A stretch of DNA of 64,000 bases from the human T2T-CHM13v2.0 reference genome, Homo sapiens, in the NCBI RefSeq assembly GCF_009914755.1, contig NC_060947.1, one strand, 5' to 3'. The first letter of the stretch is position 1, and every line of letters starts with the position of its first letter. This document shows positions 15,763-38,300 of this stretch, one piece after another. The notes under the pieces are model-generated. The model was not told the origin of the DNA. It saw only the letters and a list, made by a program, of their open reading frames with translations, and searched no databases. Made by a program: the position numbers and the translations under genes.

Positions 15763-16246
15763 AGTGGCAGCAACAGTGTGATTCTCCAGCAAGACCCTGA
15801 CTCACTAAAATATGATGAAAGACTTCTTTGAATAAAGAATGAAGAAGCAGGCATGACGAAGCTGTAACACCTGGGAGACTGTGGATTTGCCCATAATAGG
15901 AAGCAGCAGCTGAGCTCTTGTCTGTTGTGAAAAATATATGTACTCACAGCATTTCACAGTAATCCCTCCAATGGCAAGAGAGTTGGCCCACTGGATCCCT
16001 GAGTCGCTGTTCTATGCTGAATAATGCAGGGTGCAGGGGGAAGGTGCAGCCAGGTGCTGACTTTGGCTTTTGTTTTCTCCTCCAGGCAGGAGGAGAAAGG
16101 ACTCAAATGTTGCCAAAGGTGAGCTTTGAGGAGGCAAAAATCCTGAAAGTTTGGTTGCTCTTTCCTCCAAGTGGGTGAGAAAAAAATCAGTTTTCTGGGC
16201 TGGAGCAAAGACTTAGATAAAGGGAAAAAAAGGAGGGGGCAAACAG

Positions 16247-16538
16247 ACCAGGTGCAGTGGCTCACACCTGTAATCCCAGCACTTTGGGAGTCTGAGGCAG
16301 GACAATCACTTGAAGCAAGGAGTTTGAGACCAGCCTGGACAACATAGCAAGAACTCACATCTACAAAATTTTAAAAATTAGCTGGGCATGGTGGCACCCA
16401 TATGTAGTCCCAGCTACTCAGGAGGCTGAGGTGGGAGGATCACTGGACTGCAGAAGGTCGAGGCTGCAGTGAGCCATTATCATGCCACTACACTCCAGCC
16501 TGGGTGAGAAAGCGAGACTTTGTCTCAAAAAAATAAAT
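16247..16538 (+). mobile_element. Alu (AluJ-like)
   Basis: Full dimer with A tail. Confidence 0.9.
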
Positions 16539-16804
16539 TCATTGGTGACTTAATAAAAGACCAATGATACTACTGTTTTCTGAGCGAAATCATGAGAAGA
16601 TGGTATCAATTTACTCAGATCCAGAGTCAGAGGAAATGGGCAATGGGGAAAGCGAGTGGAGTGTGGAGGGGAGGTGAAGGTGTGTGGGGGCAGGGAGAGA
16701 GATCTGGGGCAGACAGGGGCAAGGAATAATGGGGAAGAGCAGAAAGCAGAAGATCAGAGATGTGAGAATAGAAGCTCAAACTTCTGGATACTTACTCTAG
16801 GCCA

Positions 16805-17120
16805 GATGCTTTTACTTTACAGATACTTTTACTTTACAGATTTTACTTTACAGATGCTTTTACTTTACAGCTTTTTTTTTTACTTTACACATGCTTTTAC
16901 TTTACAGCTTTTACTTTACAGATGCTTTTACTTTACAGATACTTTTACTTTACAGATTTTACTTTACAGATGCTTTTACTTTACAGATTTTACTTTACAG
17001 ATGCTTTTACTTTACAGCTTTTTTTTTTTTACTTTACAGATGCTTTTACTTTACAGCTTTTACTTTACAGATGCTTTTACTTTACAGATGCTTTTACTTT
17101 ACAGATACTTTTACTTTACA
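16805..17120. repeat. Minisatellite, unit GATGCTTTTACTTTACA (17 bp) with shorter variants
   Basis: Direct reading, about 19-20 units. Confidence 0.95.
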
Positions 17121-17154
17121 GATACTTACTCTAGGCCAGATGCTTTTAGCGCAC

Positions 17155-17470
17155 TCTTCTCTCTCTCTCTCTCCCCACATATATATATATATGTATATAT
17201 ATGTGTGTATATATGTATGTATATATGTATATATACGTGTATAAATATATATGTGTGTATATATGTATGTATATATGTATATATGTATGTATATATGTAT
17301 ATATGTATGTGTATATGTGTATGTATGTGTGTATATGTATGTATATATGTATGTATATGTATGTATATATGTATATATGTATGTATATATATGTATATAT
17401 ATGTATGTATATATATATGGGGAGAGAGAGAGACTATATTTTTAAATTTTATATATATATGTATATATAA
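17155..17470. repeat. (CT)n-(TA/TG)n-(GA)n compound microsatellite
   Basis: Direct reading. Confidence 0.95.
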
Positions 17471-19337
17471 CAACAGTCACTTAGTGCTCATAGCAACACT
17501 GTCATGGGTGTGTTATTAATGTTATCACCTCTTATTATAGAATAGGAAACTGAGACACATTAAGAGACTAAGGAACTTGCCCAAAGTCACCTCGCCAGCA
17601 AGGGCAGAGTCAGATTGGTACCCAGGCTAGACAGGGGTGTACAGACACATGCAATCTGACCCTGACACTCTAGAATGCACTGCAATGTGGAATGGTCCTC
17701 CAGATAAGAAGACAAGTGAAAGTGTCCAGCAGCATTCATGAGATGACATTATCTGCGTGTGGATTCAACATGAGGTCTCTTGAGTGCATTCGATAATACG
17801 GGGTGATGAGTCAATACCAGGAAAGCACAAAGGCGGTCTGTGGTCCATATCAAGCTTTCTGTATGTGTTTGCTACCATGGATGCTAGCAGCAACATCTCT
17901 GTCACTGTCATTATGGGAAATAGCTTTGGTATAATATTAAACAAAACAACATATGCAGTATTGTAAACACACTACTTATTCTCCAATCTCATAATTTTTT
18001 TAAAAATGCATAGAAAAAAGCCTGGAAGAGAACGCGCCACATATGAGGTGTTGTTCTCTATGTGGGAAACTCTCAATTATTTTGAAACAACATTCCTTTC
18101 ACTGTTTTACTTGCATTTTCTTTGCTATTATTACTCAGCCACTGTTGCTATAATAATTTTTAAGATAGATGTTCTGAAGACTCATTCTTTTAGGTATCTT
18201 GAGAATCCTCAAAGGGATAAAAGGTGTTTTGATATCCTTATCAGGAGGAAAATCAGTCAGTGACCCTCAGGGCAGCACGTAAACAGAAGGAAGGTTTGGG
18301 GTAGGGTAGAGAGGGGCAGTGGGGGAGGCAGGGTGGTGTGGATGGAAGGTTAGCTGAAGACCCCAGGCATCCTGAAAAATGCCACAGTGGGTACATGTTG
18401 AAAGAAACCAAAACACCCGCATGTCCATAAGAGGAGGCTGCTGTGCTATCGAGATGGAGATCTTTATGACGTCTCCTTAGACCTTTCCTCTCCTTCGGCT
18501 CCAGTGGCACAATTTGGCAGCACATGGCCCTAGCAAGGCGCTGCTGCTGGTGAGCTGTGCTGAGGTCAAGGCCCGGCCCACCTGCAGCATCATCACTTCA
18601 GAGACTGGCCTGGGGCTCCTGTCTTGGTATCTGGAAGCCTACAGTTTCAGATCAGGGAAACGGAGAAAACACATAGTGCAATAGTTAGACTCAACGCTCC
18701 CCCAGTGACGCCATCAGTGCAAAGCGAGAGGCACATATAGGTTGCTGTGGTCATTAGTTTGGGATGAGCAGGGCTGGGTTGGATTGGTCCCTGAAAGAAT
18801 AATTGGGGGAGTGAATGCCAATGCAATCTATAACATTACTAGCGCACAAGTGGCTAAGCTTATGTTTCCTAGGTTTGTTTTTCTGCTAAGATGATGGAGT
18901 GCTCCATTACTGTGGTGAGAAGCCTCCCTGGCCTTAGGCATGTCAGGGAATGATTGTATCTAGTGATGAGTATTCTGAAGATTCGCCAAAAGCTGTGACA
19001 AGGGGGCACTGAATGCATAAATTATATTGCTGTAGTTATTTTCAACATAACACAATACTTCTGATTCAGGGTACAAGATACCAGTATGATGGTATGAAGA
19101 TCCCCAGGCCCTTACCACCCACACACCCAGAAAGCTCTTCAGCCCGGCTGCGTGTCATGCCATGACACCTTCAGGAAGCTTCGAAGCCAACATCGAGCTA
19201 AAATTCCAGTGCCCTTCAGCCTCCTAATGCAGGTCAGGTGGCTGCACAGAAGCTGCCCACTGATCTGAATCAGTGCCAAGGGAATGTGTGCGTGTGTGTG
19301 TGTGTGTATGTGTTTAACAGAGAGGGAGGGCACACCT

Positions 19338-19789
19338 GAAATAGTGAGAGAAATCGACCAGGGCTTGCTCTGTCTTGCTTCTGACCTGAGGAGCTAACTG
19401 CCTTTGCTCATTCCCACACGTAGGCCAAGCTAACTATGGGAGGAATTTAGTGTAGGGTTTAACTTCAAAGCAAAGATGATAATAGTCCCTTTCGGAACCC
19501 AGCCCCGAGGAGATGAGAAGGGTATACACACAAGCAGCAATGTTGTGTGAAAGCTTTATGGGAGCACTGTGAACTGACCAAGGACAAAGATGTTTTGCCA
19601 CCTCCCCGGGCTCCCGTTGACACCTAGATGTCTGTGGTCACCATTCTCCTCCTGACCTCACCCTTTCCTGATTCTCCCTTGCCTGTAAAAAGAAGCTTGA
19701 GATTCATGCCCCTTAAGATGGCTCCACAGGACACTAGTCCATCATCGTCTCAGCTTGGTGGCTCTCTGAAATAAAGTCACTTTTCTCTC
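19338..19789 (+). mobile_element. ERV1 LTR fragment (LTR26/LTR8-like), joined to an Alu 3' fragment at 19790-19881
   Basis: gtaggccaagctaactatgggaggaatttag block and AATAAA at ~19770. Confidence 0.7.
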
Positions 19790-20211
19790 CCCGGGAGGTG
19801 GAGGTTGCAGTGAGCCATGATCAGGGCACTGCACTCCAGCCTGGGCAATATAGTGAGACCCTATCAGAAAAAAAAAAAAAACTTCATTTGTTGAACAGTC
19901 ATTTGCCAAATCCCAACTATATTCTCTGTACTGAGCTGAGTGTCTGGGGCATATGATAAAAAAAGACACATCCCCGCCCCCATGGAGTTTATGTCAAATT
20001 GTAGGATAATGGTCAATCTACTGATCCACACAAAAAGTGCAAAAATTCCTGCCAGACTTCAAGTAATATCCTACCACTTCATGTACACTGTAAGACTCTT
20101 ACAGCTGTATTCTTCCATTTCCTTTCTCCCCAGCTTTCTGCTATTATTGTCTTACATTATATTTCTACCTATGTCAGAACCCCACAATACATTGTTACTA
20201 TTTGACAGTCA

Positions 20212-20506
<295 letters not shown>

Positions 20507-20547
20507 AATTTTCTTTTAAAGAGATTAGCTACAAGAAAAAGTCTTCA

Positions 20548-20668
20548 CTGAGCATGATGGCTCACACCTGTAATCTCAGCACTTTGGGAGGTTGCAACAG
20601 GAGGATTGCTTGAGCCCAGAGGTTTGAGAGAAGCCTGGGCAACATAGGGAGATCTTTTCTCTAAAAAA
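20548..20668 (+). mobile_element. Alu left monomer abutting the L1 ORF2 ATG
   Basis: ctcacacctgtaatctcagcactttgggagg...ctctaaaaaa|ATG. Confidence 0.8.
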
Positions 20669-24725
<4,057 letters not shown>

Positions 24726-24733
24726 GAAACCTA

Positions 24734-25206
<473 letters not shown>

Positions 25207-25441
25207 TTACCTGTTTGTGTAAACATGTTTATGTCACATTCATTAAAAAAAATTGTACTGATTAGAAAGTTCTGGGTTGCACAGATTCTGATGAGAAGTC
25301 TGATGGATGACTTTAAATTTGTTCCTCTGTATGTAGTGTGTCTTCCTTTCTTTTTCTGCCAGAGCATTGATGTTGGGGTTTGAATCAATCTTTTCAGTAG
25401 CTGAACTGGACTTCAGTTGTGTTTTTGCTGTAGTTATTTTC

Positions 25442-29620
<4,179 letters not shown>

Positions 29621-29640
29621 ATAAACAAATACGGGATTTT

Positions 29641-29945
29641 ATTTTTTTAATTATATTTTTTTGAGACAGGATTGTGCTCTGTCACCCAGGTTGGAGTGCG
29701 GTGGCGCGATCAAGGCTCACTGCAGCCTCAACCTCCCAGGCCCAAACCTTCCTCCCACCTCAGCCTCCTGAGTACCTGGGATTCCAGGTGCTCACAACCC
29801 TGCCCAGCTCATTTTTAATTTTTTTTTGTAAAGACAGGGTCTCGCTATGTTGCCCAGACTGGTCTTGAACTCCTGGCCTCAACTGATCCTCCCACTTCAG
29901 CCTCTGAAGAGCTGGGATTACAGGAGTGAGCCATCGTGCCCAGCC
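29641..29945 (-). mobile_element. AluJ-like
   Basis: TSD aaata(c/t)gggatttt. Confidence 0.88.
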
Positions 29946-31284
29946 TAAATATGGGATTTTAGGCATTAAGCAGGGACAGGTGTTTGGGTGAGCGTAGCTA
30001 AGAGCTGGGTTCTTCAGTCAGAGAGCATCCCACCAGGCATTGATTAAGCCCGGACTGTGTTCAGAGCGCTGGAGGAAATGCTGAAGATGCGACACTGGGC
30101 TCCTGTGGTCCTGCGGGAGTGCACGTCCACCAGGGAATCAGAGATGGGCCACTGAGTGTGTCCGCCAGGAGGATCAGGCCTACCGGCCAGGCCCACCTGG
30201 GCCTCAGTCCCCGAATTCCACAGCCTTACAGCTGTTTTCATCCATGAGCAAATAGCCCTGCCCTAGGGCTGGTCTAGAGGAGATGGGGCAGGGAGATGTC
30301 TGGGCTCCTTCCGTTTGCACAAAGCCCTGCAAGAAGCATGGATACCCTCGTGTGCTGTCTCTTGTAAAGCAGAATCAGGCATTTAGAGGTAGGGAGTGGG
30401 GTCGGGGGGACGGGTCTCTCATGGCACAGGGAGGATAACTGGGGAGGGACAGCAGCACCCCTCAGTGTCAGCTCTTGGTCTGTGCCACGGATCCTCAGCA
30501 CAGCACGGCCAGCTACTTCAGGCTCCACTTTAGCTGCCTCTGCTTCACTCCCTTGCGAAAGATCTGCAGGTGCCCTTCTGTTCAGGGCCACAGAGGGCAG
30601 AGAGAAGCCAGGTGGCCGCCGTGCCTCCTGAGTGCACTTGCCCAGGAGGCTGAAGCAGACTTGCTCAGGGCGGATGAAGAGGGTGTGGACAAGCAGTCCC
30701 AAGGTTGGGGGAAGCTTCCAGCACTTTCGTAAGCAGCACAGGTTCATGCTCTTATTCCACCGGGGCAGAGACACCCCTTCCCCACACCAGGACAGCAGCA
30801 CCTCAGCAGGAGGGCAGCTGGGGCCTTAGGGGCACAGGGTTCCACCTCATGATGGCATGAACCCTCCAAACCTAGAATGGATCCCCATTTTGATGGGTAA
30901 AGGGCTCCCCTGTGTGCCTGGGCCAGCTCCTGCCCTCCTGGATGTGGCCTAGGCCCAGAAACAGCCTCTGAGGGCAGAAACCGGGGTCTCCCTTCGCCTG
31001 GAAAACAAAAGGTTATTCGGCTGCCTGGGCCCGGGTCCTGAGATCGAGGCTAACTCCGTGAGGACAGAAGGTGTCCAGAAATGCTCTCCCTAATCCTCAA
31101 TCCCTCCCCCACCTCATTGCTCCCTTTGACTCTGTCTGTCTCTGTCTCCCTGTGTCTCCATGTCTGCCTCATGAGCCTGGGTGATCTCTTGCTGTGACTG
31201 CATCTGACACGTGTCCTGTACCAAGTGACTTTTTAGGTGTCTCCAACGCAAGATGTCATTCTGCTGAGCTTTTTCAGGCTCTGT

Positions 31285-32410
31285 GCCCAGATTCTGAGGC
31301 CTCTGACCAATTTGGAGGGTAGCGTCCCAGGTCGGCAGGTCTCTGAGCTGTGGAGGGCTTGTGTCTGGGGTGACAGTCCTCTGGGCTGATCAGGGTTCTC
31401 TCTCCCAGCATGTGAGGTGTCTGATCTGCTTTAGGTATTGTGTCTAGAATGCAAGGCATGGGAGCAGTTCTGATTTCAGGAAGTAGGGTTTGAGCTCTCC
31501 CGAGTGTCTGTGTCAATGATAGGACACAATAGCGCCCCTTGGGGCTCCATATCCTAGGTTGTGAGAACACTGAGGTTATTCCAAACTCACGAAAGGTGTC
31601 TGATCCTTTTGGGGTCCTGCGTCCTGAGTGTGTCCTCCCTACCCGGTTATGAGTCTGCACCGCAGGGGTTGAGGCTGCTGACATGTTGAGGAGTTGCTGT
31701 GTCTCAGGTTGTAAACTCTGTGCTGTGTGGGAATGGTGTGTCCCACACTCTGAGGTCTCCTAGGTGTTTGTTGCAGGGAACATTGTGCCCAAGGCCTCTG
31801 TGTTCCCTGTCCCGGTCCCCTCAACTGTTTCTGTGTCCGCATCTCAGGGTGTGCGCACTGTGGTTTTGTGGGCTTCTGGGTCCGGGCTGTGAGGTCCGTG
31901 AGGTAATCCGTTTTCTACATCACAGGTTCTAAAGTTGCTCACACGCACGTGGGTCTGAATTTTAGAATCTGATGTCTCTGAGCAGGTTTAGTGTCTGTGT
32001 CCTCCTTCACTGAGTTCTTGGAGGGGTCTGAGTTCTGCGAACTGTTCAGTGTTGTGTGTCCAGGGTTGAGGTCTCTGAGCTGCTTGTTCCTGGGTTGTTG
32101 TCTGGGTTTTCTATGTCACTGGGGTCTCTTGGGCTTTGTGACCCAGCCTGTGAGGTCCCTGAGGTATCTGAGAGTGTGTGTGTCCAGGATAGGACGTTTC
32201 AGAGCTGGTAGGAGATGTATGTTTTGGAGGGAGGCCTGTTCTGTCTTTGGTTCCGTGTTCCAGGGATTGAAACGTCTGAGCTCTTTGGGAGATCATCTCA
32301 AGCATGAGAGACACTGTCACATAGCAAAGTTCAGACATGAGTTGTTTGTGACCTTCTCCTGATATTTGGGTCTCACCCTGTACAGTCAGTGAGAGGTTGT
32401 CTTGAGTTGA
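31285..32410. repeat. Highly degenerate ~40-bp tandem array
   Basis: A TGAGGTCTCTGAG...TGTGTCYAGG-like motif recurs every 38-42 bp, with strong G/T strand bias. Confidence 0.7.
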
Positions 32411-33404
32411 CTTTCCCAGACTCGTCCACTCCAGCCTGCCACAGCCACGCTTACTTATCTAGACCCCTGAGTTTACACGGCCAGCTTCCTTCACAGCTGC
32501 CCCTGGGGTTGGAGTCATGCGACTGCTTTGAGAGTCACAGGTCCCCCTCAGCACCACTTGTGGAGATCTCACTGTGCGGAGGAGTTTCTTCTGTGTCTCT
32601 GATAAAAGACACAGAGCAGGGACCCTCTCTCTCAGCGATGAACAGGACCTGCCCATGTGTTCCTGGGTCGTGTGGTCTGTCTCCTGCAAGATGTCACTGA
32701 CACCCAGAAAATAACCTGGACACAACATCCCTCTTGCAGCTCTCCCAGAACACATGCATCAAACCCGGGATCCCCTGTGCCCTGGTGGGATGGCAGGAGT
32801 CTCTAGCTGTTTGGATCATCTTCCCAAACCTTAACTTCACCTTTACATGATGAGGATCTACAGAGCGGCATCTCAGCCCTTTCCTGCAAACGCACGGTGC
32901 TTCTGAATGCAGAATTCGGGGCTAGGGAAGGGAGGGGACACAGGTAGATGCCATCTGTGGTCAGGGGGAGGTGTGGGCCCGAGACCGTCTCAGCTGAAAT
33001 GTAGGAGTAATGGGCACAGACCATTCAAGAGAAATGTGTGTTGGGCTGAAGAAAGTAGAAACTACCTCCAGAGTATCTCCTCCATCTCTAAGACATGCAC
33101 GGTTTAATTCTGTTATTTTGTGAGGCTCTTTGCACCATGACACAAGCATGCATAGAGGGCTCCATCATACAGGGGAGAACGAGACCCTGAATGGTCTCAC
33201 AGTCTAGTGGGGGAGGCATATGTGTTCCTTCAGGCAACAAATATGTATGAAAGTCTTCTACGTGCCAGGCACTGCTTGAGGTGTAGGGATACCTCAGGGA
33301 AGCAAATCAACAGAAATCCCTGCCCTGGATCTGACATTCCCCGAAGAGGACGTGGTAGGTGGCAGACAGCAAACCCTCCACAAGGGAATCTAGGAAACGT
33401 TAGA

Positions 33405-34294
33405 AGTTATGAACCAAAACGTACCCGAGACAGGTCTCAATCAATTTAGAAGTTTATTTTGCCAAGGTTAAGGACGTGCCCCTGACACAACCTCAGGAGG
33501 TCCTGACGAAACATCCCCAAGGTCGTCAGGGTACAGCTTCGCTTTATACACTTTAGGGAGACATAAGACATCAATCAATGCATGTACGACATACATTGAT
33601 TCCTTCTGAAAAGGCGGGACAACTACAAGTTGGCGGGCGGTGGAGGGGCGGTGGGGTCTTACAGGTCATAAGTGGATTCAAAGATTTTCTGATTGGCAAT
33701 TGCTTGAGTTTATCTAAAGACCTCCAATCCATAGGAGGGAGTGTCTGGGTTAAGATAAGGGGTTGTGGAGATCAAGGTTCTTATTATGCCAATGAAGTCC
33801 CGAGGCAGCCGGCTTCAGAGAGAATAGACTGTAAATATTTCTTATCAGACCTTAAAAGTTGCTGGACTCTTGGGAACTAATTCTCTCCTAGACCAGGAAA
33901 AAGACCTGGAAAGGGAAAGGGATTCTCTACAGAATGTAGACTTCCTCACAAGAGATGGCTTTGTAGGCCTATTTCAAAATGTGTCAAAGAAATGTATTGT
34001 TGGATGAAACACTTTGACTTCTTTCAGGGCCTATTTGTTATGTGATGCTATACTAGTCAGGCTGGAACTTGGTGTCTTATTGCCACAGTCTTAAGATCTC
34101 TCCCTTAACATAAATGCTGGTCAGTTGTGCCTGAATTCCATAGGGAGAAGGGTGTAATGACGCATGTCTGACCCACCCTTCCCATCATGGCCTGAACTAC
34201 TTTTTCAGGCTAACTTTGGAAAAGCTTTGGCCGAGAGGAAGGGTCCATTCAGATGGTTGGGGAGTGGGGCTTAGAATTTTATATTTAGTTTACA
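33405..34294 (-). mobile_element. MER4-group solo LTR inserted in an L2 (~33170-34700)
   Basis: gagacaggtctcaatcaatttagaagtttattttgccaagg ... cttagaattttatatttagtttaca. Confidence 0.8.
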
Positions 34295-34936
34295 AAGATG
34301 ATGGGGGCTGTGTTAAAAAGAAAAAATATACAGATCACAGTACAGGGATTGGGAATTGGGGGAGGCACTGGGTTAGCTGCAGGTAAATTATAACAGAGTG
34401 ACTAGGGTAGGCTGGGTTGAGAAGGTGACAATTTGACAAAGATGTGAAGGGGGAGGAGTCAGTCAAGCAGATATCTGTGGTGAAGGCCTTCCAGACAGAG
34501 GGAGCAGTTGGAAAAAAGTCAGAGGCTGAGTCGTTCCAACATGGCGCAGATGCCACAAGGACACTAGCACACCAGCAGGAAGCTGAACAGAAGGCTGGAG
34601 GTGCCACGGTGACAAGGACGGGATCCTGTCAGGCCAGGTAAGCTTCTGCTCTGCCAGTGACACGGAAAGGGACAATGAAGGGCCACAGATACAGAAAGCA
34701 TGTCTGTGCAGCCTGCAGAGTTCAGGTGAAGGAGGGACCCAGGCAGGAGCAGTCAGAACCAGGAGGGCTTAGGCAAGAGACAGGACAGGCAAAGGCACTG
34801 ATGCAGCCCACCCAGACTTGACAGACGCGTTCATCCAGGTGTTCATGTCCTTGTCACTGTGGACATCTGTGTTGCAGCCACAGAACCACATACTCGATTA
34901 GGACGCCTGAACCCAATCAATAGTCGTTTTTCCCTA

Positions 34937-35355
<419 letters not shown>

Positions 35356-38300
35356 ATTTTGTAGCCTCTTTTACTAGGAGTTCTGGAATTAGGGAAGAGA
35401 GGAAAGGTACAACCCTCCTCCCGAACTCCAGGGGAGGAGAATCTCATTGCACAGATGTCCTCTGTTCACTCGATTCTCCTGGAGCATTTCTAAGGCACAC
35501 AGAGCTGCTACCATCATAGCCATTACTGACCAAGTACTCTGGGTGAAATTCCTTTATTAACTGAATAAACTTGTTCTGAAGTGCTGACCGGACACTCTGG
35601 GGACAGGGGGAGGTTTCGGCTGTATCCTTGCTGGCAGATGACCCCCACACTTGGGGGGTAAGGAGAGCCATGGCAGAATTCAACCCACGGTCCCCTAGGA
35701 GTACACAGGAGACCACCCTACCCTCACCTGAGGGATGTGTGTGTGCAAGGGTTGGGTCAGGGCAGACTCTTCAGAAGAGGGGAGGTTTGTGCGGCAGGCA
35801 CTTTGATTCTGCACAGCTTACAGTCCAGAGAGCCGAAGAACAAGAGGAACTAGATTCCCATTCTCAGTCTGTTGATTTCCACACCACATTTGGAGTCTGA
35901 TCAACTCCACAGCTGTGTTGCAGCCGCTAACGCTGCCTCTGCTCTGTTTGCCTCTAGATTCTTCTTATCTGTTAAATAAAGTGAGGCTGATGGAGATGTA
36001 ATTTAGGGCGGGGGTGGATTGCAAGTGTCTCTGTGATAGGGCAAAGCGCCTCCCGGTGGAGGCGCAGAAGCTAAACTCGACTGGTAGCTGTGAGGCAAGG
36101 GACGCCAGGGCAGCTCCTGTGGACTGTGTTAGAACTTTTCAGGGTGGCTTTGCCCTGCCAGGGGCCTGGATCTCACAGGGGGACGTCGTGTTAGGACCAA
36201 GCTGACTGTCCCATCACAGAATAATATCTGCAGCTCAGCATGGGGAGCATAAGCAAAGTACGTTGTCGTGAGTTTAAAGAGGCCTGGCTTTGGAGTCTGA
36301 CAGAACCCGCGTGTGAGTCCCAGATCCAGCCTTTTCTGCCTCAGTGCCCTGACCTCTTTCAGCTTGGTTCCTTATCTGTAGATGGGAGTTTGATACTTAC
36401 CTCTCTGGGTCTTTGGGAAATCAACACTGTACATGAGTAGCACACAGTAGGTCCTCAACAACCAGGCTCCAGGGAGAGAGAGCCATTCACACTGTGCCAT
36501 GTTAGAGGCACATCAGTGTGCAGGCCAGCGTGCCAGGACAGTGGGAGTCCAGTCTACCCTCCAGCCAGGGTTTGGGCTTGGGCTGATGGTGGCAGGACCA
36601 GGGCCATTTCCATCTTTTCTCTTTTATTGTCCATATGTCCAAAGCAGACACTTCCATTCATATTCAGGTGTGCAATGCTAGGAGCTGAAATAACAGGCTG
36701 TAGTGAATGAAGCGAAGCCTCACAGTTCACTCTATGGCAGGAAGAACCAGCTGTGAGGCAGGTCCTCAGCCCACATCACTTCATGGTACTGAACCTGGGG
36801 CCACAATTCCAAACTCCATGTTCACACATGATGAGTCTATAGGAATGAAGGAGAGATCTATGTTGTGTATCTTTATTATTATGTTTTATTGTATATATTT
36901 AAGGTATAAAACATGTTGTTATACACACACACACACACACAGTGAAATAATTGCTACAGTCAGGCAAATGAACCTGTCACCTTCCTCAGTTACCTTCCTG
37001 CATCCTATTTTTGCAAGTAAACTTTTCCTAAAAACCCTACTCTCACGTGACATTCCAGTTGGTTGGCCCATTGGGGGAATTTTCATGAATCTCCATCATG
37101 TGCTATTCAGTAAAAATATCAAACCCACTAAGCATGCCTTTTCATCCAGTTGCTCCCTAGGTAAAGTATAATTTGCTCTCCTTCACTTGAGAGCTGAAGG
37201 TAAGGAGCAATCAGGCAGCGGTTGATGGAGCAAGTGCAGGCCAGACAGAGGGAAGGGCGGTTGTGAGGCGGCAGACACGAGAGAGAGACAGCGAGAGAGC
37301 GAGCGTGCACGCTAGACAGAGAGAGGCCTGGTAGTAGCTGGGGCCTGATACCCCTAATCCAGGAGGCTGGACTTTATCCTAAGGGCAGCAGGCAGCCCTA
37401 GTAGAATTTGAAAAGGTTTGACATGACCAGATTAGCAGTCAAGAAAGGTGCCCCACTCACTGGGACAGAGAATGCGTGGGAAGGGGTCAAGACTGGCAGC
37501 AAGATGAGCTATGAATTGTTGGTGGTCATCGAGGAGGGAGATGAGGGTGACTGGACTAGGGAACTTCCTGTGGTGATGGAGAGGAGTCAGTGTCAAGGTC
37601 TCACTTAGAAAAACTTGGGAGGTCTAACTGGCCAGGCTCGGTCAACTGTGGGGGTGGTAAGAGGCAGCAATCAAGGATGGCTTTCAAGATCTTTGGCCCA
37701 AGCTGCTGGGTAGAGGGTGGTGCCTGTCACTGAGTCAGGCAGCACAGGAGGAGGGGCAGGCGTGCTGAGTGGGGATGGGTGCGTTCACTTTGGGACATGC
37801 TGAGCAGTACTTGCTATGGGACTCAACGACTTATGACTTGAAGACTTCGCAGAGCTGACCTAACCTCCCTGTGCTTACCGTGCCTCATCTGTAATAGGAG
37901 AATAAGAATAATTAGAAAAAATAACTAATTAGTTTCATTTGTTGAGTCTAGGAGAATGTTCTCCTTTTATACTGCAGAGTGGTATTTTCTTGTCAGGTCT
38001 TCCCAAGTAAAATGGGAATGTCTCGACTTGCCCATACAGTGGCTTGATTTTACCTGTCTGCTTTGGGTATCACCACCATTCGGCATGTATTGCCAATACT
38101 AAACAAATAAGTAAATACATAAATTCAAAGTAACAGGTGTTTATTATCACGTGTGTGCTGTAATAGCCCATCAGCCTGTCCCTCAGACAAATAAACTCTC
38201 TTTAAATCTTCTAAACTTCCTCTTGAAGCCCACCTCTCCCTCCAGGGGCTGGACAGGGCATTTGGGACCCAGGATCTCTAACACTCTCTTCTCTGGGAAG

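Noticed and set aside
16787-17148. CRISPR-like appearance of the 17-bp repeats
   Set aside because: No unique spacers, eukaryotic context and no cas genes.
16656-17519. 287-aa ORF and overlapping ORFs
   Set aside because: Open only because the mini- and microsatellite lack stop codons. The translation is low-complexity.
30274-30860. GC-rich stretch with 175-aa ORF, possible processed pseudogene
   Set aside because: I recognise no protein family, poly(A) tail or TSD. A translated search would be needed.
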